A stretch of 64,000 nt of DNA from Macrostomum hystrix (Eukaryota; Animalia; Platyhelminthes). The stretch covers positions 620,001-684,000 of the forward strand of contig CATNEN010000012.1 in NCBI GenBank assembly GCA_950097015.1, given 5' to 3'. Both the position numbers and the translations under genes were made by a program. Below, one piece after another: positions 40,301-56,100 of this stretch; positions within the stretch are counted from its first letter, which is position 1, and every line of letters starts with the position of its first letter. The notes under the pieces are model-generated. The model was not told where the DNA came from and ran no database searches. It saw only the letters and a program-made list of their open reading frames with translations.

Positions 40301-40655
40301 AAAGAACAGGAATTAGAATGCTTCGCAAAACATTCATTCTATTTTGCTCAGGCGCGATCGTCAGATGCGTAGGCAAAGGCGGCGTCGTCGTCAGACACTC
40401 GCCGAGGCACCCAGCAGCCCGGAGTGGTGGCTGACCTGCGGCCAACTGGAATTCAGCGGCTCGTACGGCCTACCCGGTGACCATGAGGAGGGCGTCCCTA
40501 ACGCTGCACACGGACTGAGGCAACGCCAGCTGTCGCTTTGTCTGCAGCCTCAGACTCAAGCTCAGCAGCAGCAGCTGATGCTCGAGTCTACAGTTGACGG
40601 ACAGCCGCGGACCCAGCATGTCAGACGCCGACTGCCTTCGCCAGCTGGAAACTGA
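31225..40655 (+). CDS. Uncharacterised low-complexity (Ser/Pro/Gln/Arg-rich) protein, multi-exon
   Basis: Exons 31225(ATG at 31240)-31452, 32836-32962, 37241-37513, 37845-~38286, 40352-40655, with GT-AG boundaries in matching phase. The donor at 38287 is weak. An extra or alternative exon may start at 36059. Contains LWRRAFSGLKLAKDK-WFPNHPADIDPVYSLLKHAA, a Q19 tract, KRRHS and RKYSLP. Confidence 0.55.
31556..31778 (+). mobile_element. tRNA-derived SINE-like element, ~225 bp
   Basis: Pol III A box TGGCAGAGTGG and B box GTTCGATTCC in a tRNA-like head (31556-31632) whose anticodon stem pairs poorly. A non-tRNA body follows and ends in an (AAG)n tail. Intronic; no clear TSD. Confidence 0.65.
32128..32790. 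repeat. Pyrimidine-rich compound satellite: 60-bp higher-order repeat of 15-mers, then pure 15-mers, then 14-mers
   Basis: Units such as CTCTTCTATCCGACA, CTCTTCTAGCCGACA and CTCTATCCGCCCAC. Confidence 0.9.
33265..33890. repeat. ~29-bp minisatellite (GTGTGCCTCTGGTCCTTCTCCCCCCACCA)n
   Basis: ~21 copies with variable C-run length. Confidence 0.92.
34665..35478. repeat. 20-bp minisatellite (GAGAAACCCCACTGCTTCCC)n
   Basis: ~40 copies. Confidence 0.95.
37094..37132 (+). repeat. Interstitial telomere-type repeat (TTAGGG)5 preceded by TTAGAG
   Basis: Five perfect TTAGGG units at 37100-37129. Confidence 0.9.
38740..40260. repeat. 41-bp minisatellite (CAGCCATGTCACTCCCTGCTCTTCCCAAACCCCCAATATAG)n
   Basis: ~30 homogeneous copies preceded by degenerate copies. 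Confidence 0.95.
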
Positions 40656-40821
40656 CGGCAAACTACCTGCCGTCAGGCTGGCAGACGACTCGTTCTCTCA
40701 GTCATGCGATAATCGTGCGTTATTAGTAGAAGCAGACAGACATCCTCCTATTCTTATGTCCATAAAATATTTTCAAAACATTTTTTTTCTTGCGTTTTTT
40801 CCTACTGAAAATCACGAATAC

Positions 40822-41510
40822 TGAGGTGGATAAGCCAGGGTTTGAAAGTGCGGGAGTGAGGTAGCTGAGCCAGGGTTTCAAAGGGCAGGAGTGATGTAGA
40901 TAAGCCAGGGTTTGAAAGGGTGGGAGTGAGGTGGATAAGCCATGGTTTGGAAGGGCAGGAGTGATGTGGATAAGCCAGGGTTTGAAAGGGTGGGAGTGAG
41001 GTGGATAAGCCATGGTTTGGAAGGGCAGGAGTGATGTGGATAAGCCAGGGTTTGAAAGGGTGGGAGTGAGGTGGATAAGCCATGGTTTGGAAGGGCAGGA
41101 GTGATGTGGATAAGCCAGGGTTTGAAAGGGTGGGAGTGAGGTGGTTGAGCCATGGTTTGGAAGGGCAGGAGTGATGTGGATAAGCCAGGGTTTGAAAGGG
41201 TGGGAGTGATGTGGATAAGCCATGGTTTGGAAGGGCAGGAGTGATGTGGATAAGCCAGGGTTTGAAAGGGTGGGAGTGAGGTGGTTGAGCCATGGTTTGG
41301 AAGGGCAGGAGTGATGTGGATAAGCCAGGGTTTGAAAGGGTGGGAGTGATGTGGATAAGCCATGGTTTGGAAGGGCAGGAGTGATGTGGATAAGCCAGGG
41401 TTTGAAAGGGTGGGAGTGAGGTGGTTGAGCCCTGGTTTATAAGGGCAGGAGTGATGTGGATAAGCCAGGGTTTGAAAGGGCAGGAGTGAGGTGGATAAGC
41501 CAGAGTTTGA
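40822..41510 (-). repeat. 35-bp minisatellite, G-rich on the plus strand (GGAGTGATGTGGATAAGCCAGGGTTTGAAAGGGTG)n
   Basis: ~19 copies with an alternating 70-bp dimer pattern. Confidence 0.93.
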
Positions 41511-41779
41511 AGCATTCGAACTGTTCCTGCGTGACGATGATATCAACGATGATTGAAATTATACTCGACTTCTGAGAAGGACAAAGAGGTTTAAATTTCA
41601 GATCCAAATGTGAAAAACGTATCGAGAGGTCTTCATATTATCTTGTTAGTATTTACTTAAAACACACAATTTTGTTTATTAAGTTACGAGCGAATTAAGT
41701 AAACTTCGTGTATAAGCTATTGGTTTGCGCCAATCACTCCTTCAAACTATGGCCACTTCCCAAACCACAAAACTTTTGA

Positions 41780-42312
41780 GCTACAAACCACAGCCACCTC
41801 ACTCCCTGCCCTTTCAAACCCTGGCTCAGCCACCTCACTCCCGCACTTTCAAACCCTGGCTTATCCACCTCACTCCACGCCCTTCCAAACCATGGCTCAA
41901 CCACCTCACTCCCGCACTTTCAAACTCTGGCTTATCCACCTCACTCCCTGCCCTTTCAAACTCTGGCTTATCCACCTCACTCCCTGCCCTTTCAAACTCT
42001 GGCTTATCCACATCACTCCCTGCCCTTTCAAACCCTGGCTTACGCTCGTATCCACCTCATTCTCTGCCCTGTCAAACTCTGGCTTATCCACATCACTCCC
42101 GCCCTTTCAAACGATGGCTCAGCCACCTCACTCCCGCCCTTTCAAACCATGGCTCAGCCACCTCACTCCCGCCCTTTCAAACCATGGCTCAGCCACCTCA
42201 CTCCCGCCCTTTCAAACCATGGCTCAGCCACCTCACTCCCGCCCTTTCAAACCCAGGCTTATCCACCTCACTCCCGCCCTTTCGAACCATGGCTCAGCCA
42301 CCTCACTCCCCT
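41780..42312 (+). repeat. Same 35-bp family in the opposite orientation (CCACCTCACTCCCGCCCTTTCAAACCATGGCTCAG)n
   Basis: The unit is the reverse complement of the 40822-41510 array. Confidence 0.9.
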
Positions 42313-42665
42313 CCTTGCAAACTTAATCATGCATATATTTGCATCATGCATCATTTAAAAAAATAGTCTGACTGTAGTCAAGTCACTCGTAAAATAATAT
42401 TTTCTGTTCTTTCTACTTTGCTTGTTTATATTTTTTAAACTGTATATCTAAAACTATATTGTACTTTATATGTGAATCAATGTATCCAAATATGGATAAA
42501 CTTATTTGCACATTTGAGTAAAATTTGTTTTACTTACATTATTTAACTAACAGGCTTTTGGATTGTGTAGATTATGAAGGAAAAATAGTACCCATTTAGA
42601 TAGGAAATCTTATAGCACTGTTCCAGAGAGACTTAAATACTACAAAAGGTTTGAAGATTCACTGA

Positions 42666-45779
<3,114 letters not shown>

Positions 45780-46527
45780 TGTAGGCCACTACAAATCAAA
45801 GACAGCAGTTCAGTTAGTCGCTGGCCTATCGACACCCTTCATTAACAACAGCTGCTTGTTTTTAGCCTTTTGTTACTTCAGGCGGGTCGTGGGAAAGTTT
45901 CCCGAGAGCCGTCAAACAGAGGCCCCTCCCAGACCTGGGGCCCACCAAATTTGGCAGCGGCGGGCAGTGTCTCTCTCACCTCTCTACCAGCACTTCGAAG
46001 GGCTAGAGCGCCCCAAAGTGGAGCCGATAGCTGGTCACGGTTATAAAAAACTATAATTACGCCGATGATTCTATTTTTAGCACAACATTTTTCCATTTAT
46101 ATTTCCACACACACTTTAACCACCGAGGACCACTAAAATAATCACAGATCACGTTTCACGTTTCGCGTGAGAAACGTGAAAATTTCCTATCTCGCTAGTG
46201 CATTTTTGCGTGAAATCTACCTTTAATAAATTTTCCAAGAAACGAAGTGTCCAGTCCTTCTTCTTCTAGTGGTCCTTGAGTTTAACGTGCCCACTGGACA
46301 ATGATTTGTAAAATAACTTCTCTGCGTGTTAGCAGTCGATTGGTGGGGCCTGACAGGCATCGCTATGAATGCAATTTGGCTTCGAGTCGCCTGCCGGTGG
46401 CAGACACTGCGATTGGTCAGCCAAACACTGTTGAATGCTGAAAACTTGTCAAAATTCTTATAGTCGAATTCTACCCCCAATCTGTCCCCAAAGTGAACCG
46501 CGAAATTTGCTCTCAATCAGATCGGTC

Positions 46528-49344
46528 ATGCCTGGCCTAAATCTCTCCCTAGCAACTGTTGCCGAGGACGCCAAGAAACAGTTCACGGACGGCCAGCGGC
46601 TGCTCTACGGCCTGCTGGGCCTCCTGCTGAGCTGCTTCATCACGCTGGTGAACTCCGTAGTTCTGGCCGTGTTCCTGCGCCGCCCGGAGCCGCGGCGGGT
46701 TCCCGGACATCCGCTGATTGTCGGCCTAATGGTCACCTCCGACATCATGATCGGCGCCACGGCTCTGCCCGGCTACCTGGTCGACACACTCTTCGACACC
46801 TGGCCACTGCCCCTGTGGCTATGCGACCTGTGGATCACCTGCGACTACACCAGCACCAATGTCAGCGTGGCCAGCGTCACAGCGGTTGCATTCGACCGTT
46901 TCCTAGCAACCAACTGCGTGTTCGCGCACAAGCGCTGGATGCACCGCGCCAATCAGGCCCGACTCTGCGTGGCCCTCTGGCTGGTCACCGCCGCCCGCAA
47001 CATCGCCACCTTCCCGGTGTGGGTGGCCCTCACTGGCTTCCGCACTCGAACCAACGAGACCCAGCCGACTCGCTGCTCACATCCCATCTATAGGAATCCA
47101 ACGGCGGCGCTGGTGCAACGCACCCTGGCACTGTACATCCCCATCATCCTGCTGGTGTTCTTCTACTCGGCTGTTGTCATGCGCATTCTTCGCAGCACTC
47201 GGGCCGCTAGGCAGGGAGCCGGGCGATCCGACACCCTGCTCAGAACCAGCCAGGGCGGCGCGCGCTCCGAAGGGGTGAGAGCGGCTTGATCAGGGACACC
47301 CATCTGACTGACCTGACACCCATCTGACTGTCCTGACACCCACCTAACTGTCCTGACACCCACCTGTCTGTCCTGACACCCACCTGACTGTCCTGACACC
47401 CACCTGTCTGTCCTGACACCCACCTGACTGTCCTGACACCCACCTGTCTGTCCTGACACCCACCTGTCCGTCCTGACACCCACCTGTCCGTCCTGACACC
47501 CACCTGACTGTCCTGACACCCACCTGTCCGTCCTGACACCCACCTGACTTTCCTGACACCCACATGTCCGTTCTGACATCAACCTGACTGACCAGACACC
47601 CACCTGTCTACCCTGACGTTTCCTGAATGACGGAAAACCTCCCACTGTTTACATAGCATGTCTTCACGTTGATGTGCCAAGTGTACAAAATATCCGATTG
47701 CAGCTAATCCTAAGGTGCGAAGGCTGTGTAATTAGGAGGACTAAATCTGGGCTCTTCATTTTCTTTAAGCTCCATAAAAATCGAAAGTCGGACACTAGTT
47801 TTACAAAAAAGCGAAAGAAAGAAAGTTATCACAGAGAAACCGTAGTGTTCTTTTCGAATCGAAAAAAGGGGAGCTTCAAATCGAGAAACAGCCAGTCACG
47901 CGAGCTCTGTAGATGATAGGGAAAGTCAGGGGAATACAGGGAGGGGATTTCAAGAGACAGCGAGCGAAAGAGAGAAATAGAGCGAGAATGGGGAAGCGCG
48001 AACTGGCAAGCCGCAGTAGACAGACTGAAGCCAACTCTGTCCCCTATCTGAGCGAGGCAAATCCCCAGGGAATCGAGCGGAACTAGGACATTGCGGGGAG
48101 CCGATATACTTCTAAGTTGGGAAGTTTCTCGCCCTAGTGTGTGCCCGAGAATATACTGCCTGCTGCTGCTGCTAGCAAGCTCGTGATTTGCCACGCTCTC
48201 GCTATACCTCTGTGAAGTGAGTAGAGGAGGTTGAGGTTGTACCATTCCCCTGTGGCTTCGTCATCCCAACCCTTTCTTGAAGAACAACAAGCAGCAGAAT
48301 TCTAGAGCCGGGCTAATCTCCGCCCTCCACAATGCTCGGGGAGTGTCTTTGGCCGTCCCAGCCGATTATCGGGGATTATAATGGAAGTTCAAGAGCTCGA
48401 GGACCGCTAGTCTATCAGCCGATGCATGGAGACCGAAATTTCCGAAGCAATTTTTTAAGCTTCTTTTATAGCCGTAATCAGATCTGCTCGGCTGATGAAT
48501 GCCAGTGTGACCACCAATAGGAACTCTAAAAATATGCATAGTCGTATTCTCAGACCTTGTCCAAAATTACTCTAGCAGCAGAACTTCAGGCGGAAGCAGT
48601 ACTAGGAAGCCTCTTTTAAAGGATTCGAGATTTATTGGCCTGTCGAAGACTTCAGAGAATCAGAGCCGACGGCTGCTGGTCTGTTCGTCTTAATTTAAAT
48701 TGCCCTGCTCGTCTGAACAGCAACTCAGAGTATTTCCAGTCAGATACGATTCTAGACTGCTAACAAATGAGTTGAAAACTAATCAGTCAGCTCGACTCAG
48801 ATTCTGCATCATCCCTGATCAGTGAGTTGAGCTCAGCCTCATCACTGCTCAGTGAGTTGAGCTCACCCTGCTCAGCCTCATCACTGCTCAGTGAGTTAAG
48901 CACTTGACTCACGAGTTCTCACCCAAACTTTCCCCCCAGCAGGGTAGTCAGGCCGGGCAGGCGAGGCCGACCCAGTCCGCAGCCGCCGGCGGTCGGTTGA
49001 CCAAGTCCTTCCGCATCGTAACCTGCGTGCTGGTGTCCTTCCTGCTGGCCAACCTGCCGTGGCACGTGCTTGACAACATGATCATGATGCAGCGGACCGA
49101 CATTCGCAAAACTGACTCTGTGTACATCTTGTCCTGGATCATGTGCTACATGAATGCCTTCCTAAATCCGTTTTTCTACCTGTTCATGAACGACAACTAC
49201 AAGCGGGCTCTGCTTGATGCGACTCGGTGTCGCTTTGCGCCTCCCGCTAGGCGGCCCGTTGCCATAGCAACCATTAGCCAGCAGCAGCTCGCCAAGCCTG
49301 CCCCAGCAGCGACTCGAGTTGCTCAGCTTGTCAGCTCAGTGTGA
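46528..49344 (+). CDS. Class A (rhodopsin-like) GPCR, biogenic-amine-receptor-like, ~382 aa
   Basis: Exons 46528-47274 and 48943(or 48940)-49344, phase 0. Seven hydrophobic segments: TM1 LVNSVV; TM2 SDIMIG; ECL1 WPLPLWLCDLW; TM3 CDYTS..AFDRF; TM5 LYIP; TM6 FLLANLPW; TM7 MNAFLNPFFY. The intron falls in ICL3. Confidence 0.9.
47290..47625. repeat. 20-bp intronic minisatellite (GTCCTGACACCCACCTGACT)n
   Basis: ~16 copies directly after the GPCR donor. Confidence 0.9.
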
Positions 49345-49599
49345 TCGGAAACCCACCAAACTGCAATGCGAAAATCAACCAGCTCGACAGCCCACTACTG
49401 GCAGTAGCTGAACCCGCAAAACTATTCATTATTTTATGTTTGCTTACAGAGTTTGCTGCCTAAATGCTGCACACAGAATAAATATTGGACAATTAGCATA
49501 GCTATGCACACATAGACACGACACACATACAATACTGATGCCCATTCAGTTCACAGATATTTTCACTTCAGTAAATCTTGGCTGACTTATAAAAAATTC

Positions 49600-52500
49600 T
49601 TTACTGATTTCTCTCACAGATTACTCACAGATTCCTCACAGACTAATCACAAATTTCTCACAGAGTCATCACAGATCCATCACAGATTCATCACAGACTA
49701 CGCAGATGACTGTCAGATCCATCACAGATTCATCACAGATGTCACGCAGATGACTTTCAGATTCCTCTCAGATGTCACGCAGATGACTTTCAGATTCCTC
49801 TCAAATGTCACGCAGATGACTTTCAGATTCGTCACAGATGTCACGCAGATGACTTTCAGATTCCTCACAGATGTCACGCAGATGACTTTCAGATTCCTCA
49901 CAGATGTCACGCAGATGACTTTCAGATTCCTCACAGATGTCACGCAGACGACTTTCAGATTCGTCTCAGATGTCACGCAGATGACTTTCAGATTCGTCAC
50001 AGATGTCACGCAGATGACTTTCAGATTCCTCACAGATGTCACGCAGATGACTTTCAGATTCGTCTCAGATGTCACGCAGATGACTGTCAGATTCATCACA
50101 GATGTCACGCAGATGACTTTCAGATTCGTCACAGATGTCACGCAGATGACTTTCAGATTCCTCTCAAATGTCACGCAGATGACTTTCAGATTCCTCACAG
50201 ATGTCACGCAGATGACTTTCAGATTCGTCTCAGATGTCACGCAGATGACTTTCAGATTCATCACAGATGTCACGCAGATGACTTTCAGATTCATCACGGA
50301 TTCATCACAGATTCATCACAGATTCATCACAGGTTCATCAAAGATTCATCACAGATTCATCACAGATTCATCACAGATTTATCACAGGTTCATCACAGAT
50401 TCATCACAGCTGTCACGCAGATGACTTTCAGATTCATCACAGATTCATCACAGATTCATCACAGGTTCATCACAGATTCATCACAGATTCATCACAGATT
50501 CATCACAGATTCATCACAGATTCATCACAGATTCATCACAGATTCATCACAGATTCATCACAGATTCATCACAGATTCATCACAGATTCATCACAGATTC
50601 ATCACAGATTCATCACAGATTCATCACAGATTCATCACAGATTCATCACAGATTCATCACAGATTCATCACAGGTTCATCACAGATTCATCACAGATTCA
50701 TCACAGATTCATCACAGATTCATCACAGATTCATCACAGATTCATCACAGATTCATCACAGATTCATCACAGATTCATCACAGATTCATCACAGATTCAT
50801 CACAGATTCATCACAGATTCATCACAGATTCATCACAGATTCATCACAGATTCATCACAGATTCATCACAGATTCATCACAGATTCATCACAGCTGCCAC
50901 GCAGATGACTTTCAGATTCCTCTGAGATGACACGCAGATGACTTTCAGATTTATCACAGATGTCACGCAGATGACTTTCAGATTCCTCTCAGATGCCACG
51001 CAGATGACTTTCAGATTCCTCTCAGATGCCACGCAGATGACTTTCAGATTCATCTCAGATGTCACGCAGATGACTTTCAGATTCCTCTCAGATGTCACGC
51101 AGATGACTTTCAGATTCATCTCAGATGTCACGCAGATGACTTTCAGATTCCTCTCAGATGTCACGCAGATGACTTTCAGATTCATCTCAGATGTCACGCA
51201 GATGACTTTCAGATTCCTCTCAGATGTCACGCAGATGACTTTCAGATTCCTCTCAGATGTCACGCAGATGACTTTCAGATTCATCTCAGATGTCACGCAG
51301 ATGACTTTCAGATTCCTCTCAGATGCCACGCAGATGACTTTCAGATTCATCTCAGATGCCACGCAGATGACTTTCAGATTCATCACAGATGTCACGCAGA
51401 TGACTGTCAGATTCGTCTCAGATGCCACGCAGATGACTTTCAGATTCATCACAGATGCCACGCAGATGACTTTCAGATTCATCACAGATGCCACGCAGAT
51501 GACTGTCAGATTCGTCACAGATGTCACGCAGATGACTTTCAGATTCATCACAGATGTCACGCAGATGACTTTCAGATTCCTCTCAGATGTCACGCAGATG
51601 ACTTTCAGATTCATCTCAGATGCCACGCAGATGACTTTCAGATTCATCTCAGATGCCACGCAGATGACTTTCAGATTCATCACAGATGTCACGCAGATGA
51701 CTTTCAGATTCGTCACAGATGTCACGCAGATGACTTTCAGATTCATCACAGATGTCACGCAGATGACTTTCAGATTCATCACAGATGTCACGCAGATGAC
51801 TTTCAGATTCCTCTCAGATGCCACGCAGATGACTTTCAGATTCATCACAGATGTCACGCAGATGACTTTCAGATTCCTCTCAGATGTCACGCAGATGACT
51901 TTCAGATTCATCACAGATGTCACGCAGATGACTTTCAGATTCCTCTCAGATGCCACGCAGATGACTTTCAGATTCATCACAGATGTCACGCAGATGACTT
52001 TCAGATTCATAACAGATGTCACGCAGATGACTTTCAGATTCCTCTCAGATGCCACGCAGATGACTTTCAGATTCCTCTCAGATGTCACGCAGATGACTTT
52101 CAGATTCATCACAGATGTCACGCAGATGACTTTCAGATTCCTCTCAGATGTCACGCAGATGACTTTCAGATTCATCACAGATGTCACGCAGATGACTTTC
52201 AGATTCCTCTCAGATGCCACGCAGATGACTTTCAGATTCATCACAGATGTCACGCAGATGACTTTCAGATTCATCACAGATGTCACGCAGATGACTTTCA
52301 GATTCATCTCAGATGTCACGCAGATGACTTTCAGATTCATCTCAGATGTCACGCAGATGACTTTCAGATTCATCACAGATGTCACGCAGATGACTTTCAG
52401 ATTCGTCACAGATGTCACGCAGATGACTTTCAGATTCGTCACAGATGTCACGCAGATGACTTTCAGATACGTCACAGATGTCATGCAGATGACTTTCAGA

Positions 52501-52640
52501 TTCATCACAGATGTCATGCAGATGACTTTCAGATTCGTCACAGATGTCACGCAGATGACTTTCAGATTCGTCACAGATGTCACGCAGATGACTTTCAGAT
52601 TCGTCTCAGATGTCACGCAGATGACTTTCAGATTCGTCAC
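49600..52640. repeat. Compound satellite of 11-bp (CAGATTCATCA)n and a 33-bp higher-order unit, ~3 kb
   Basis: 33-mer blocks at ~49720-50290 and 50890-52640 flank an essentially pure 11-mer block at ~50290-50890. Confidence 0.97.
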
Positions 52641-53184
52641 AGTGATCCGCTGCTATAAACGAATGTAATCCAACAATATTTGAAAAGATTTTGGCAACAA
52701 TTTTAAACTGGCAAGTGTCAGCCCAGGTTGAAAGTTAAATTAACGTTCATTAAGGACAAACAAATTACTATCTTACAATTGGAAACATTTAACCCTTTAT
52801 ACCAAGAATTAAGGCTCATTAAAAGTACACGCAGTTCTATACGTGGAAATAACTGTGCTAGAAAATTATAAAAAATGTGCAGAAGACATATGACCCTTTT
52901 ACGATCACTTATAAATTGCCTTCACTCGGGACTCACAAATTCTGGTCTCCCAGCCAACCACGGCCATGCTAGATGTGCATACATTATGGCTTTGAACATT
53001 TATCTGACTCTTAGGTCGCACTAAAGTCATGCACAGCATTGCCAGCAGTCTTATCATAGCTCGTATTATGGGACAGGAAATGCAACATTTTTCCAGTGCA
53101 GCTTGCCTGTAGAAATGCACAAATGTTTCGATAAATTCACACTCAGCGCCTAGGTTTTGCGTAACAGCAAGATAGAGCTCTAGA

Positions 53185-56100
53185 ATGCTGCTGCTGCTGC
53201 TGCTGCTGCTGCCGCTGGCGCATCTACCGCTACAGATCGCTCCTGATCCTGCCGATTCTGCTAGGAGTTCTGGAGTTCGCATCCTGCTCAATCAGACCTT
53301 CGCAAAGACTCTGTTTATTCTATGTAAGCGGCTGCATCAATAACATTTCCATAATAAACCGATTCTAATGCATCTGGGAAGCTTGATCGATGATGGGCAA
53401 GATGAAAATGGGTGCAGTGAACAAAGAGCTATTTATGCTAAATTATTAGGGAGAAGGGAGAAGGGAGAGAAGAGCAGAGAGGAGAAGGGAGAAAAGAGGA
53501 GAGGGGAGAAGAGATAGAAGAGGAGAGGGAGAATAGAGAGAAGAGGAGAAGGAAGAAGGGAGAGAAGGAGAGAGAAGAAGGGAGAGAAGGGGGAGAGAAG
53601 AAGGGAGAGAAGAGGAGAGGGGAGAACGGAGAGAAGGGGAGATGGGTGGGAAGAGGAGAAGGAGAAGGGAGAGAAAAGTAAAGGGGGAAGAAGGGTAGAA
53701 GGGAGAGGGGAGAAGGGGAGAAGGGGAGAAGGGAGAGGGGAGAAGGGGAGAAGGGGAGAGGGGAGAGGGGAGAAGGGGAGAAGGGAGAGGGGAGAAGGGG
53801 AGAAGGGGAGGGGAGAGAAGTGAGAGGATGCTATATTAGCGCATGTCAGGGGACGATTGTTGTGTCGATCGCATTGCTGAGTTCCCGGTTTACTCAGTCG
53901 GTTTTCTAAATCCCCAGGGGATGTTCGAATTTTCAACCAGCCGGAGTTCATCGAGACAACTTCCGTGCGGCTCCAGATCGACGCTGCCGGTAAGCTGAAT
54001 GTGAACTTCTCGGCATTCAGCCGCGACTGGCAGCTCTCGCTTACCGTCAACGGCTTCCTGCTGCCAAATCCGCTGCTCACGGAGCAACGCAGCGCAGTTG
54101 ACGGGACTCCGCTGAACCTGTCAGCGAGCGACCAGGACGTCTGGCAGCCGCTGCGGGGCCGGATGTACCTGGGCACTGCGGATGCAGGCTCAATGGAACA
54201 GGGCTGGGCTGCTGTGACCCTGATTGGCGATGGGGTGAGGAGCTGATGTCACATCCCGATGACACTGTCACATCCTGATGACACTGTCACATCCCGATGG
54301 CACTGTCACATCCTGATGACACTGTCACATCCTGATGACACTGTCACATCCCGATGACACTGTCACATCCTGATGACACCCTTACATCCCGACACCCTGA
54401 CACCTTTAGATTCGCGCCTACATTGTCACAAACATCAATGACTACATGCTGAACGTGCCGCTAGCGAATCAAACAGCATTGAACAATCTCGATAGTGCCA
54501 TTCGATTCGAAGAAAGAAAGCTCAGCTCTGCTCTGCGGTGAGTGGCGCAGTTTTTTATTCGTCCAGCCTTTTGCTAAATAACATAGTAAAACTAATTGTC
54601 TATTTATCGCGCACAAAGGATTTTCAAACAACTAATTGCTGATTAACAATAGGACTACCAAGCCAGGCCGCGCTGAGGCACAGTGCAAGTTTGTTTATAG
54701 GTAGCTCTTATGGGAAAAATCTGACCTTCGTCCAGAACCGTTGAATATCTCGACTTGATTCTTGTTTCAGAAGATGCGCAACAAAAAGTTGGCCCGTGTT
54801 CTTGAGTTTCATCTGCTTCCGTCGCTCCTATCGGGTGCAGCACAAAAAATAGACATGGGGGTAATTCCCCCCTTGGTAGTTCTACTGTTAAGCAATTATC
54901 ACCTTGACGTTTAACTCACCTTAAAGTGATGCCAACGACACTGAAGACTGGATCAATTTCAGCGGCAACATCAAAAAACAGGCGGCCGGCGGTAACATCA
55001 ATGAGCAGCCAGTTGGCGGCAACATCAGTCGCGCCGCAGGTGGCAATGCGACAATTAACTCCAGCCGGCCCAACCCCCACCTGCCTAGGCGAACCGACTT
55101 TGTCAACCTGGGACCCCTGCCCAAGGTGGCCAAGGGCCGGGAGATTTACGCAGAGTTCGGCGTTATTATCGACCAGGTGCGCATGCTTCATGTACAGCTA
55201 ACATGGAATGCTGCATACTACTATGAGTAGTGAAGTTAGCATTTAGATTTTCATATATTAAATTTCTAGACTTGGCTCGACGCGCTGACACAGGGGTACA
55301 GGATCGACAGGGACTCAGCCCTGCTGTTCACAGCGGAACTGCTCAACTATGTAAAAAGAGATTGTCTTCGAGTACATAACATCTCCTACAGAGTTTTATT
55401 CAATCTCACCTGCGCTAACAAGCACCTTACTAATTTCAGGCTCAGCTGTGGTACCTGCATCCTAGTCTTGGCTATCGCATGTGGCTGAGGCTTAACTATG
55501 TCACTGTTCTAACTGCTTCTCTACGCGTGTACGAAAAAGAGGTCTGGGGCAGACATTTTACCATTTACTTAGTCCTAGAGAGTCTCCAATTCCCATGTCT
55601 CTAATTAGTCCACAAAAGCTTGCTCAATCCTAAAAGAACTTTGAGCAGATCTGCCGCTGGCAAGCCAAGCTAAAGAGGAATGTCAAAAGCGCCTTTGTAA
55701 TCATCTTAACTGGGTGAGTCATTATCTTAACTGGGTGAGTCATTATCTTAACTGGGTGAGTCATTATCTGAACTGGGTGAGTCATTATCTTAACTGGGTG
55801 AGTCATTATCTGAACTGGGTGAGTCATTATCTTAACTGGGTGAGTCATTATCTGAACTGGGTGAGTCATTATCTTAACTGGGTGAGTCATTATCTTAACT
55901 GGGTGAGTCATTATCTTAACTGGGTGAGTCATTATCTGAACTGGGTGAGTCATTATCTTAACTGGGTGAGTCATTATCTTAACTGGGTGAGTCATCATCT
56001 TAACTGGGTGAGTCATTATCTTATCTTGGTTAGTCATCATCTGAACTGGGTGAGTCATTATCTTAACTGGGTGAGTCATCATCTTAACTGGGTGAGTCAT

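Noticed and set aside
49722-52668. Long ORFs of 576-587 aa on both strands
   Set aside because: Stop-free translation of the 33-bp satellite (11-aa period); no unique sequence or splice linkage.
54731-54783. Extra protease exon (TVEYLDLILVSED)
   Set aside because: It has a poor donor and an in-frame stop soon after; 54537 joins 54927 in phase without it.
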